Shown here: piece by piece, positions 23,474 through 34,870 of the stretch
Layout: every line of letters starts with the position of its first letter
Position numbering within the stretch: the stretch's first letter is position 1
Source: Strigamia acuminata
Taxonomy: Eukaryota
Assembly: GCA_949358305.1 (NCBI GenBank)
Contig: OX442314.1
Location: 62,001 to 126,000 of the forward strand
Reading direction: 5' to 3'
Length of the DNA stretch: 64,000 nucleotides
Made by a program: the position numbers and the translations under genes
Notes under the pieces: model-generated
What the model saw: the letters and a program-made list of their open reading frames with translations, nothing else
Told to the model about the DNA's origin: nothing
Databases searched by the model: none

Positions 23474-25351
23474 ATGGCGTCGCCGTTAGAAGGCAATGGT
23501 ATTCGATATCCAACCCTAGACCCTTTTGACATAAACGAGTTGGAATTGATGGAGGAAATGCGCGATAACAGAAGACAAAGGACAGCGACAACAGTTGTGA
23601 ACGTTACAACTACACCATTGGTAACATTTTCAACTGATATTTTAACATCAGTCGCGAGTCCAATTAATACAATGGTGCAACCAATTGTTTTAAATACAAC
23701 GACGACACGAATGTCACCAATTCAGTCGACTAGTAGTTCGTCGACGTTGCCAGTCGGTAATGGGGATCAAACAAACCCTCAAACATCGTTTTTTGCCGGT
23801 TTGCGCACCGAATTTCAGCAGTTTTTAAGGGATTGCAGGGAAAGCATTCTAACACAGCCTGCTTCACGTTCTCCCGGATCGGTACACTCCGAGGGATACT
23901 CTGCCTCAAAGGATCAACAGAGGGGTGACAGGCGAGCGTCTTCTTTATTTGCAGAACCTTCCACGGGCACAGCTCGAGCGAGCGCAACGTTTCGTCAGAG
24001 ATCAGCATCAACGACCAACCGACGCACAGGTGCGGCAGGAGCCCAAGGAATTCCAGTGGAGGAGTATAAAAGAACTCCATCACTTAAAGACGCGCGGGAT
24101 GATGCGACCAAAGCCAATGAAGAGGTAATGTCATCAATATTATACTCAAAAATGAAGTTCTCCAGACCGGAACCAGCAACTAGAGAACAGTTGTCATTAC
24201 CATCTATGCCAGACGAAGATGACCCGACTGGCCACCGTAGATGGAAAGTGGAAAAAATTCCACACTTTAATCCGGATAGGACAGACTTCGACACGGTAAA
24301 TTCATTTTTGGCAGAACTTTATTCGCACATGTGGCAAGTGGGAGCTCCCGAACGCGATTATTTGAAGGCTTATGCTGCCACCACGCTAAAAGGTCGCGCG
24401 TTAACTTGGTGGACGAATATGAAGCCTAAACCCACAACTTGGAAAGAATTCGAGGCAATCTTCCGACAAACGTATTCAATGAACACTGCGGCAGCAAATA
24501 CCAAATTGAGCCAACGAAAGCAAAGAGGTGGTGAATCTACAACTGCATTCTTGAGTGAAATAGCTCATTATTTGCAAATTGCGGGTTACAGAGATAAAGC
24601 ACTTAAGTGGGAAAAGGCCCAGAACATGCTGCAAACTCAAGTAGTATTATTGATGCGAAATTGGGGAGTTAATAGTCTAGAAAAAGCGATTCGAGTTGGA
24701 AATGATGTAGACAATAGATTACAACTCGACGCGTTGCGAGCGCTCGAATTCAAACAAAGTGGGACATTGGATATGGCCCTCATGCCCCTTCCTCAGGGGT
24801 ATTCCATGCCCACAATGTTAAAGCCCGTGGAAGAAACCAAGGTGGAGAAGCCCAAATATTCTACTTTCTCTAGATCTGGACAGTTTTCGCGACAGCTTTC
24901 CAAACAAATTGCTGCAGTTTTGCTGGCAATGGAAACACAGCCGGAAGAATCCCGACCGTACGGAGCAGATGAAGACTCGGAGAGTAGTGGATATGATCCC
25001 GAGGTGAGTAAACAGGATGTGGCAGCAGCAGCTGTTAAAACGGAGACTAAAGCAGCAGTCGCAAAAAATGAAATAAAAATCGCGACGACAAGACTCGAGG
25101 TCCCACCAAATGTTCCAAAGGATCATGTTTGTTCGACTCGGGTCACCACTTTTGATCCGACACCATCACCACCGGAATCAGTCAAACGCCCGGATCATGC
25201 AACCTGGCGTCGGACAAAAAAGAACCGTTGGTTTATGGTCGAAAAGGACACCTGGCGTCCATTTTGCCTGGTGTGTCATAAACTCTTCGAGCGGTCGGAA
25301 AACTTCCAAGGCCTGCCAGGAAGCGAGGCAACAAAGCCAGGCCAAAAGTAA
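23474..25351 (+). CDS. gag: Gag of element B
   Basis: 625 aa. Capsid-like LKGRALTWW...TWKEFEAIF and MHR-like RKQRGGESTTAFLSE. Clearly homologous to 54841-56757. Confidence 0.88.
   Translation: MASPLEGNGIRYPTLDPFDINELELMEEMRDNRRQRTATTVVNVTTTPLVTFSTDILTSVASPINTMVQPIVLNTTTTRMSPIQSTSSSSTLPVGNGDQTNPQTSFFAGLRTEFQQFLRDCRESILTQPASRSPGSVHSEGYSASKDQQRGDRRASSLFAEPSTGTARASATFRQRSASTTNRRTGAAGAQGIPVEEYKRTPSLKDARDDATKANEEVMSSILYSKMKFSRPEPATREQLSLPSMPDEDDPTGHRRWKVEKIPHFNPDRTDFDTVNSFLAELYSHMWQVGAPERDYLKAYAATTLKGRALTWWTNMKPKPTTWKEFEAIFRQTYSMNTAAANTKLSQRKQRGGESTTAFLSEIAHYLQIAGYRDKALKWEKAQNMLQTQVVLLMRNWGVNSLEKAIRVGNDVDNRLQLDALRALEFKQSGTLDMALMPLPQGYSMPTMLKPVEETKVEKPKYSTFSRSGQFSRQLSKQIAAVLLAMETQPEESRPYGADEDSESSGYDPEVSKQDVAAAAVKTETKAAVAKNEIKIATTRLEVPPNVPKDHVCSTRVTTFDPTPSPPESVKRPDHATWRRTKKNRWFMVEKDTWRPFCLVCHKLFERSENFQGLPGSEATKPGQK
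25297..25343 (+). promoter_or_regulatory. Putative -1 ribosomal frameshift signal of element B
   Basis: G_GAA_AAC in gag phase, 6-nt spacer, then GGCCTG (25310-25315) able to pair with CAGGCC (25338-25343). The pol frame is -1 and open from 25282. Confidence 0.6.
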
Positions 25352-25566
25352 ACACCAATTGCCTCGACTTACCCGAAAACTGTGCAGAAACACGAGAAAG
25401 TACAGCACAATCATCAGCGCCAACATCGACGGGTGGAGGCGCCACTCATAATTCTTTAATTCAAAACAATTCATCAATTGCTCCCAAGGAGCTTAAACTT
25501 CAAGAGAAATCAACTTCAGTTCTTCCGAAATCACCCATCATCACACTTCAACCGGAAAAATCCAAG

Positions 25567-28500
25567 TTGATCATTCTGCAACCTAAAAATCAGGACAAAG
25601 TGGTAAGTAAGATCATCACTAATGACTTTATTAACACTATTTCCAGGATTAGCGTCGCGACACTGCCTCCATCTGGCTCGATCACCCAAATGGATGCGAA
25701 GTTTGTGATGTTATCACCTGCAGAGCTAGTTGAAACGCGGGAGCCCATAATTGAGATCACCAAACGCGATAGATTTAAAGCTGATGCGCCATGTGTAAGA
25801 ATTGCGTGGTCGGATATCTCTTTCGTCGCGATTTTCGATTCTGGAGCCCAAACCTGCATAATGTCGAACAAATTATTTAACCAACTTAAGGAGAAAATGG
25901 AACTGCAAATGATGCCTTTAAATGAATTTGTCAGGACTGCAACAAATGATACTGTCAAGGTGACAGGTTCTGTACAGCTCGCAGTGAGAGGACCTCTCGC
26001 AATTATTAAATTCGTTTGCCTTGTTGTACCCGAAACATCTCAAGATTTGCTTTTGGGACGCGATTTTTGCCGTGCAGTAGGCCTATGCACGTTGCATGGT
26101 CGACAACAATGGTATTTAGAGGGATCCGAAGAGCGACGTAAGTTTTTGACAATTGACGAAGCATCAAGATCAGAACCAGTGCTATTGCTACCAATTGATA
26201 GAAAATATAGTAATGAACCCAAAATAGACACATTACCTGTCCCTACATCAAAAATCAATTGTGTTCTGCTTGACCATCGTCCACTTACACGAGAAGTGTT
26301 TGAATATCCAAACGACGATGCTCAATTTCGAGTAAAGAAAATCAAACATCGCGATTCTAACGAGTGGTCGAATATTTGGTCACCCAAACGACAGGAAAGA
26401 TCCACCTCATATTCGCGACGGGCGTCTGGTTTTCAGTTACAACCATCATTTAGTCAAATTCAACGTTGGAAGCGACAATCTAAACGTATTGCCAAAGTTA
26501 AACCAATTGTTCAACAGTTGAATCAACAAGCATCGCGACTTTTGAAAGAAGATATTCTTAAGGAAGCGGAAAGGCAGAAGATTGAACATCAAGATAAAGG
26601 TGACAGTATTGGACATATTAATCAATGTAATTTTTTATCTTATCAGCCAAATAAGGATCCAACATGCCTGGATTGGATTTACCATCAACTGTGGAATCAA
26701 CTGACGGTTCCACAAATCCAGCTTCTCATCAAAACACTCCGACCAGTTGCAAATGTTTTTCGAGAAGAGGTCGGACTCTGCAATAATACAGAGTTTGAAG
26801 TCAATTTAAAGCCAGGATTTCGACCTATCCATGTGCCAGTGCGACCCGTAAATCCAGCCAAGAAGTTGGTAATCGATAAATACATTGATGAAAAATTGAA
26901 ACAAGGAATAATTAGGCGATCCAAAAGCGATTGTGCCGTGGCACCAGTTGTGGTACCAAAAAAGACGAGTGACTGGAGAACTGCTATGGATTTTCGCCCA
27001 ATTAACGCTCAAACAATTCCTGATGTGTACCCATTACCAGACATTGACAACATTTTCGCGTATCTCGGTGGAGCCCATTGGTTTTCGATTATTGATGGTC
27101 GCGAAGCTTTTCATCAAATGGGAGTACGAAAAGGCGATGAAAGGTATTTAGCGTTTATTACTCACCGTGGACTTTTTGAGTACGTGAGAATGCCATTTGG
27201 GCCCATTAATGGACCAGCGACGTTACAACGCGCGATGAACAAAACTCTCGCGAAACATTTGTACAAATTTGTGTTTGTGTATTTGGATGACGTGATTGTA
27301 TTCAGCAAAACATACGAGGAAAATGTTGAACATTTAAAAATCATACTTGGTGAACTCTATGACGCTGGATTTACAATGAACGCGGATAAAACAGAGTTGT
27401 GTCGTCGACGTCTAGAAGTTTTGGGACATATCGTTGAAGCAGGTCAAATTACTCCAAACCCAAAAAAGGTAACAGCGATCCAAAGTTACCCTGCACCAAC
27501 AAATCTTCGCGAATTACAAAGATTTAAGGGAATGGTGGGATACTACCAAACTTTTATTCCTAACTTTGCAAAAATTTGCGAAGTATTTCGTCCACTTTTA
27601 AAGAAAGATTGTACATGGGTTTGGACTGACGCGCATCAAAGTGCTTTTGAACATTTGAAACGATTTGTCGCCGAACCAACTTTAAAGCGTAATTTTCCAA
27701 ATTGGAGTAAACCATTTATTCTACAAACTGACGCAAGTTATTCTGGTCTTGGGGCAGCTTTAATGCAAATTGATAATGAAGGAAATCGTTATCCAGTCGC
27801 ATTTGCATCGCGAGCATTAAACAGTGCCGAAAAAAATTATCCAGTCACTGAGATTGAATGTCTTGCAGCTGTTTGGGCGGTGAAAAGATTTAGACCTTAC
27901 CTGGAAATGATGGATTTCTACTTAGAGAGTGATCATATGTCACTCAAATGGCTATTTCAACAACGCGAACCACGAGGTAGACTGGCAAGATGGGTTTTAT
28001 CCCTTAGTGAATATCGTTTCACGTTCATCTACATTTCCGGATGTAAAAATCGAGTCGCAGATGCATTAAGTCGTGCTCCTGTCGACCCTCCAGAAGAAGA
28101 AGATGAGGACGACAGTCCCCTTGTAGATGATGCATGCTATCTTGCATTTTTTGACGATATTTCAGACTGGCCAGAATTAAGAGTCATAGAGGATTTGATA
28201 AATGAACCTCAGTTCGCATATTGTAAGTTAAGAAATAATTTTCATAATAATAGAAGACATTTAATTTCAGCCTTGACACCAACCAAATCAACGAAGAAGA
28301 AAAAACCACCAAAACAAATGGTGTCATTAAAACGACCGGTGGGACGGCCGCGAAAGGATCCTACAGTTCCAACTTTTTCACCGCGATCTCGTCGTGCAAT
28401 TTCAACTAGAACTAGAGCACGAATTCAAGACCCAACGCTGATTCCACCTACACCAGCTCCACCAACGCCATCAATTGGAAAACGTCTAGTGGGTCGACCA

Positions 28501-30716
28501 CGGAAGAGAAGAGCTATGGATCCAGTCGCTGCAGATACGTCACCAAAAACACGACGTTTAATTCCGCCTACAACTCCAGGAGCTGCACCCGTAAGGCGAC
28601 CAGTGGGAAGGCCTAAAAAACAATTAGTAATACCACCACAAATTCCACCAATCGCGATGCCGGTGCCACCACAAATTATTGTGGCTCCACCAACTCCTCC
28701 AACTCCATTAATTCCTTTAACCCCAACTCCGTTAATTCCCCCTCTTCCAGTCAGCATACCTCCATCACTGCCATCAATACCGGAGGAAGATGTACCAAAA
28801 CGTCCACCAGGGCGTCCAAAAAAACGCAAAACTGGAATTCCGGAGCCAATTGTGCCATCACCAAGGTTGAGAAGACTTACGGCACCTGTGTTACCACCTG
28901 AAGAGGTGCCATTTAAGCGTCGAGTTGGTAGACCACGTAAAACGCAGTCTGGTATTCCAATACCAATTGGAAAGCCAAAACCAATTTTGAAACCAACTTC
29001 TTCCCAAATTTATACACCATCACCACCAATGTCTCCAATTTCTTCACCCATTAGTCCCCATCCATTCTCAAAACCTTTTATAGATCCAGAAGAACCTCAA
29101 GCTGGACCATCGGGTTACAGGCCAGAACCATCTTATGCTGCGACGGACAGTTCGGAATCATCCTCAGATGAAAGCTACGGGCCAAATTTGGGCACACAGA
29201 CGCCCGAAACAGTTTATTTTCGTCCTTCTTTGGATCCCAGAAGGACTCCTAGACCACGTCGCAGACCACGACGGAACTACGATGAGGACGAGGGTGACGA
29301 GCCACCAAACGAAGTGGAGAGACAAGCGGAGTTGGATCACGACCCACCAGTAGATCATCCAGCATTTGAAGTTCTACCTAGTGCAGCAGAAATCATCGCA
29401 GCACAGCAGGACGATCAAGATTCGCGAGAACTGGTGGAGTATTTAACTTTACACACACTTCCGGATGAACCGGAACGTGCTAATTTCATTTTACGTAATT
29501 CTAATGATTTTGGCATGTCAAAAGGGTTACTTTGTCGTTTTCCACCTGTGGACATAAATAAGTTTCACAAAGGTCGCCAAATTTATTTACCCACAATTGC
29601 CCTTCGCGAACGATATTTTCGCGCTTTACATTATCCGCCAATTGGGGGACACATGGGAATTGAAAAAACTTTACAAAGATTAAAATCTAGAGTATACTGG
29701 CCGAAAATGCGAGAAGATGTGCAGACCTGGATATTGGTTTGTGACGCATGTCAACGAGCAAAACCTTTAAATCGCTTGCCATATGGTAAACTGCTCATGT
29801 CAAAACCGCAACATTTATTTTCAGCCATTTATATAGACTATTACGGTAAGAAACCTCGCTCGACAGGCGGAAATTGCTATACATTCGTAATGGTAGATGC
29901 AGCAAGCAGATGGTTGGACGTGAGACTTACCGAAAACGCGAACATTCCTACTACTATTAGACAGATTGTTAAAATTTGTAAAAGATGGGGGTTCCCGAAA
30001 GTCATAATAAGTGACAACGCACCAACATTCAGGTCCCCCGAATTTCAAAATCAATGTCAGCAATTAGGAGCGGTGAACAGATATACAGCAGTATATCATC
30101 CGCAGAGTAATTTAGCCGAAAGGTTAAATCAATCGCTAAAAAATTGCATTTTAGCCTACATTGATGACCATTCAAGGTGGGACATCCACATAGGATATTT
30201 TGTTCTCGCGATAAATTCAGCATACCAAGTGTCGTTAAAATTCTCTCCCTTTAAAATGGTCATTGGCCAGGAGGCCAGATTTCCCGGAGATCTAGAGAGC
30301 GATTCGGATGATGGCGAGCCTTTACCGCCATCAGAAGCGGAGAATTTACACGCTGCGAAAATCAGGCACAAAAGATGGTTTGATCGCGGTAGAAGGCCCC
30401 ATGATTTTAAACCAGGAGACTGGGTAACTTTAAAAAATCGCCAACAATCATCTGCTGATCGCCAATTTGCCGCTGGTTTGAGACAGCGAACTGAAGGAAT
30501 TCATATTATACACAAGTTGGTGGGACCAAATACTGTAATATTAATGGATAATGAAAGGAGCAAATCACCCCCATACAATGTGATTGAATTAAGACACTGG
30601 CATTTTGATGATGCTGAAGCACCAACAGTCGAAGAAATTAATTTGATTGATTTACACGTTGACAAATTCATCTTATCAACTTTTGACATTTTTACAGCGC
30701 ACATAGTTACTTCTAA

Positions 30717-30723
<7 letters not shown>
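25567..30723 (+). CDS. pol: Pol of element B (PR-RT-RNase H-AT-hook-like linker-integrase)
   Basis: FDSGA, YLDD, TDAS...ECLA...SDH, HHCC (LHYPPIGGH...CDAC), catalytic IDYY/SDNA/AERLN. The frame is open from 25282 and overlaps gag. Confidence 0.95.

Positions 30724-30760
<37 letters not shown>
30722..30760 (+). repeat. A39 tract starting in the pol stop codon
   Basis: TAA followed by an uninterrupted A run. Confidence 0.9.
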
Positions 30761-30761
<1 letters not shown>

Positions 30762-31511
30762 GAATGTAACCATGCGGTGTTAGATTGTGGTAACTTTATG
30801 TGATATTGTTTATTTCTTGCATTATAGAAAATTGCATTTTTTATAATTTGAAGTTTGGTTGTTTTCATTTCATTTCGTTCGTTCGTCTTTGTTCGTTTGA
30901 TTTGTTTACTAATTAAATGTTCCCTATGATGTTTGTCAATGTCTGTGTTGCATTGTGGTATTTGTAAAAAGTTAAACCATCTACTCTGAGGTTTATAGTA
31001 ATTATTTTTGTCACTAGGTGACGTTGATATTTTAGCCTCGCACAGGGCACATGCAATTCAGAAAACGGATAAATGTCGCGAGACTTAATTTTAATAATCA
31101 AATGAATTTTTAATTTTTTTTCTATTCATAACTAAAGACATGCGCATTATTTTTAAGGAAATTTGGTTAAGAATTAAACCTTTTGGGGGATTAAGCTACT
31201 GGTTTATGCCTGGCAACAGATATGATTACTCAGCACTCTTCAAACTGACCAATCCTAGAGCGCTAGCCTCTAAGGCCATGCGTCTTTTATTTCGCGCATG
31301 CCGGTACTTGATTTTCAACACGCGGTTAGTCTAGCGGACATTTCATCTAATTTATCATGTCGTGTGTCGAGTGCCGTATTTTGTTTTGTCCATTGTAGCA
31401 TATCGAATTATGTGAGTACTAATTAAGTGTTTTTCATTGTTGTCAGTTCAATAGCTAATTTTATTTTGTTCTCTAAAAAGACCATATAGTTTATCGCGAA
31501 TTTTCTCAAAC

Positions 31512-33965
31512 ATGTCGAACAGCAAACTCCAAAATGGCGACGAAAAACAAAGGAAGTTAAAATATCCGAAGAATTTGCCCATTCCACCAATTAGAGCGAA
31601 AGGAGAATGGATATACCCTCACTTCCACCCCGACGAGCCTCTCGAACAATCTTTCCTGAACTTCGAAGTTTGTCCTATATGCTCGGGCTGGGGTGTTGAG
31701 ACCACACCACCGGTTAAAGAAATTGTTTGTCGCGCATGTGAAGGAGCAGGAGAACTCAGGAGATGTAAATTTCGGGAGTGGATGCGCATCTACTTTAATT
31801 GGGTGTTCCACTTCAAATATGCAGACGGGGTGAGGATATACGAATGGATTTTGCCGCCAACACGAATAATTCAGGGGAGCATCACCGCGCTTCTAAGATT
31901 TCGCTTTACACACTATTGGTATTGGGCCAGGGTGCAGCAACTGGCCGAAGAGCGTGGTGTAGCGCCGCGGCGATGGATTTATCCGATGGGAAACGCGATC
32001 CGATGCCAACATGAGGCAGTGCCGCGTATGAGCAACGAGGACATCGCGAAATTATCTAATTTTGCCAGAGAGCAATATCTTACCGACCTACAATACTCAG
32101 GCATGATTAAAACTCTCCCTGCATTTCTAGGAACAACTGCCAACTCCGAGCAGGCGAGATTATGGATCGAAGATTTAAATCGCGAAATCGACCTCCTCAC
32201 GGCCGAAGCCAGAGCCCAGCCGATGCCTGAACCTCGTTTATATATGCCCAAAGGTACTGAAAGTTTCGCGGTCCGATACAAGGAGAGTGGTGGCCAGGTA
32301 GTCCAAGCTATCATGGCAGGCGGTACTACGTTGCCGAGAGACCGCTCTCGTGACCATCAATTCACACCAGGAATGGTGTATGCACCGAAGCCTTTACAAA
32401 TTGCGCAAGCGACCACACCAGTCGAGGAAGAGGAAGAAGTGACAAAACACGATGAGTCGACGTCATTGCCGTCCGAATCTAATAAGGAAATCAGCCCTGA
32501 CAGAATGAGACCTGGAATGCTGTCAAAAATGGTAAATTTTCCGCGACCTATCAAATCAGTCCCAATTTTGACTCCAATACCGGACCCCACACAACGTCGC
32601 CTGGACGAGTTCATGGAAAGAAACAGAGACATTAGATCACTACCACCCAGTATTGAAAAGAAAAATGAAGAATCGGCACCGGCTAAATGCGAATTGAAGC
32701 CAACTGCGACAGAACTTCATATGAAGAGGGTTCCGACTCCATTCAAGAGTCAGATTCCAATCAAATCAACATCAATCCCAACCAAGACGACTACTACAAC
32801 AGTCAACACCACAGCCACGACGAGCGTGATGGCAACAACCAATACCGTAGCGGCACAGGCTTCTACGACACGCAGCTCGCCTCAAGATGGTGTCCTGTCA
32901 ACAACCAAAACCACAAAGGTAATCACTCCTCCTCCTCATTATACTCAAACCGATCATTACGGAGTATCTGACTGCCCCACCTTCACTCTTCATTATATTC
33001 GAAACATTTTGAAACCCTTCGAGCTTCAGGTTCTGAGGAGAAGCGCTACCATCAGCAACTCCCGTATGGAGTTGGAGCCGAAGGGTTGGAGGGAACTTTT
33101 TACCGTGATGTCGAGTCGAGATTTTGACATCAATCAATACGATGTCTACCCAGTAAAAAATGCGACATTCAAAGAGCTGAAGAACATCGCCGCCAGTGTT
33201 GAAGCTCGTATGGACCAAGAGATCCACATGGATGAGGATCGTCTATTCGCTGTACTGGTATGGGAAACGCATCGGGTAATGGGCATGTATGTTAAAAAAT
33301 TCGCGATTGAACGGGAAAAGAAGAAATATGCGGTGCAGGAAAGTTTGAGGAGGGAAGCTGAAAAAGTGGCGGCAGAGAAAATCGAATTCGAAAGAATAGA
33401 AAAAGCCCGAAAGGAAAAAGAGGATAAAGAGAAAGAGGAAATTCAGAAAAGAAGAGAAGAGGAGAAAAGGGTTCGAGAGATTCAAGTCCAAGAGATGTCA
33501 AAACTTGCCGTCTCTTCGCGATTTATGGCGCCCACTCCTGAGGAAAAATCCTTGAAAGACGTACTTTCTCTCCCAGTTTCCAAGGAAAAACCGGAGATAA
33601 CCATTTTAATGTCCAACGCAATAATTCCGACGATGAACATTATCTGCGATTTTACTTTCAATCCAACAAAGTGTGTGAAACTAATGATCCCTTATCACAC
33701 ACAGAGTGCCCTTTTCCGATCATTGGCATTGTCGGATTTAAATTTAACCATTCCCGAGACCGAAGAAGTTATTGAACTAATGGACACATATTTTCGCGAT
33801 GCATTTATCGACCTATGCTTGCAGGAAATTAATCGCCGTGGAGCCGCAAATGTGGCCAGAGCCCGTTTAATTATCATAGATGTGGCGTTTGATTTGATTC
33901 GACATTACTCGGACCCGGAACAACGCCTTATCGTTAAAGAATTCCACAAGGACTTGACGTCGTAA
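31512..33965 (+). CDS. ORF3 of element B, 817 aa, unknown function, not env-like
   Basis: Long ATG-initiated open frame between pol and the 3' LTR. Motifs CPICSGWG and CRACEGAG, a Thr/Pro-rich middle and an E/K/R-rich coiled-coil-like stretch. No evident signal peptide or membrane anchor. Confidence 0.85.
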   Translation: MSNSKLQNGDEKQRKLKYPKNLPIPPIRAKGEWIYPHFHPDEPLEQSFLNFEVCPICSGWGVETTPPVKEIVCRACEGAGELRRCKFREWMRIYFNWVFHFKYADGVRIYEWILPPTRIIQGSITALLRFRFTHYWYWARVQQLAEERGVAPRRWIYPMGNAIRCQHEAVPRMSNEDIAKLSNFAREQYLTDLQYSGMIKTLPAFLGTTANSEQARLWIEDLNREIDLLTAEARAQPMPEPRLYMPKGTESFAVRYKESGGQVVQAIMAGGTTLPRDRSRDHQFTPGMVYAPKPLQIAQATTPVEEEEEVTKHDESTSLPSESNKEISPDRMRPGMLSKMVNFPRPIKSVPILTPIPDPTQRRLDEFMERNRDIRSLPPSIEKKNEESAPAKCELKPTATELHMKRVPTPFKSQIPIKSTSIPTKTTTTTVNTTATTSVMATTNTVAAQASTTRSSPQDGVLSTTKTTKVITPPPHYTQTDHYGVSDCPTFTLHYIRNILKPFELQVLRRSATISNSRMELEPKGWRELFTVMSSRDFDINQYDVYPVKNATFKELKNIAASVEARMDQEIHMDEDRLFAVLVWETHRVMGMYVKKFAIEREKKKYAVQESLRREAEKVAAEKIEFERIEKARKEKEDKEKEEIQKRREEEKRVREIQVQEMSKLAVSSRFMAPTPEEKSLKDVLSLPVSKEKPEITILMSNAIIPTMNIICDFTFNPTKCVKLMIPYHTQSALFRSLALSDLNLTIPETEEVIELMDTYFRDAFIDLCLQEINRRGAANVARARLIIIDVAFDLIRHYSDPEQRLIVKEFHKDLTS

Positions 33966-34870
33966 GTTTTCATTTTGCCGGATGGTGTCGAGAAGGGTAA
34001 CCCTCGATCAGGCCGCCAGTGCAACCATTCGGCGGGATGAAAATCTTTCCACAGTGATTTGTGTAAATGTGCAGTGCTGTGATTTTTATTTTCGCGAAGA
34101 ACTTTATTTACTCTTTTCTATTTTCCGTTATTTAAATTGTGTAAATCTGTCCTGTCTTCTTTTCCTTCGTTGTTCTATTCTTCATTCGCGACAATTCATG
34201 ATATAAAAATATTGTGAACATTTAGCATCACCATGGTGACGAACTTCATGTGAAATTAAAAAACTGTTTTATTTCCATTGGACATTAGTGGTACTGAAAT
34301 GGTACAAAATGAAAAAATTCGCGAAACCATCGCGATCTTCTGATGTGGACTCACATTTTCGAATTATCAAATCATCATTTTATATGTTCATCACAAGTGT
34401 TTTATTTTTATTTTAAGTGTCCAATGATAGTGTTCCTTTATTAAGATTGAAAATTTTGAATATTTTAATTCAGTATAACTAATTGTTTTATTTTCAGACT
34501 TTTATTTCAAGTGATATCATTCTTTTATACTTACCATTTTGCCGATACGAGTAGTGTCGATGATCCAAAGCTGTGATAATTGTTTTACTTTACCTTTTTT
34601 GATGCCAAAGTGTTTTCTAGTGTTCGTTTATGATTCCGCGGGATATCTCGCGAAGTAATTTTATTTTCATTGTTTCATTTCATGCTTAATTCGCGATAAA
34701 TCATCGCCACCGTTTTATTCTTATTGATTTTATTAGTTATAATCATTGCTTTTAAGTACCATGGTACCATTGTTAATTTTTGAAATCGTTTATGTTCACA
34801 TTTATATTGCGATCCTTTGGATCACCCTACCTTTTGTTTACATTGTAATAAAAGTCTGGGTGGCGGAGGA

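Noticed and set aside
23730..33877. Short antisense and overlapping ORFs within element B (likewise in A, C and E)
   Set aside because: Shadows of long coding frames with no recognisable motifs.
31512..33965. ORF3 as env or as a DnaJ chaperone
   Set aside because: No signal peptide or transmembrane anchor is visible. Only two CxxCxGxG repeats, and no recognisable helical J-domain (an HPD tripeptide occurs, but in a Pro-rich context).
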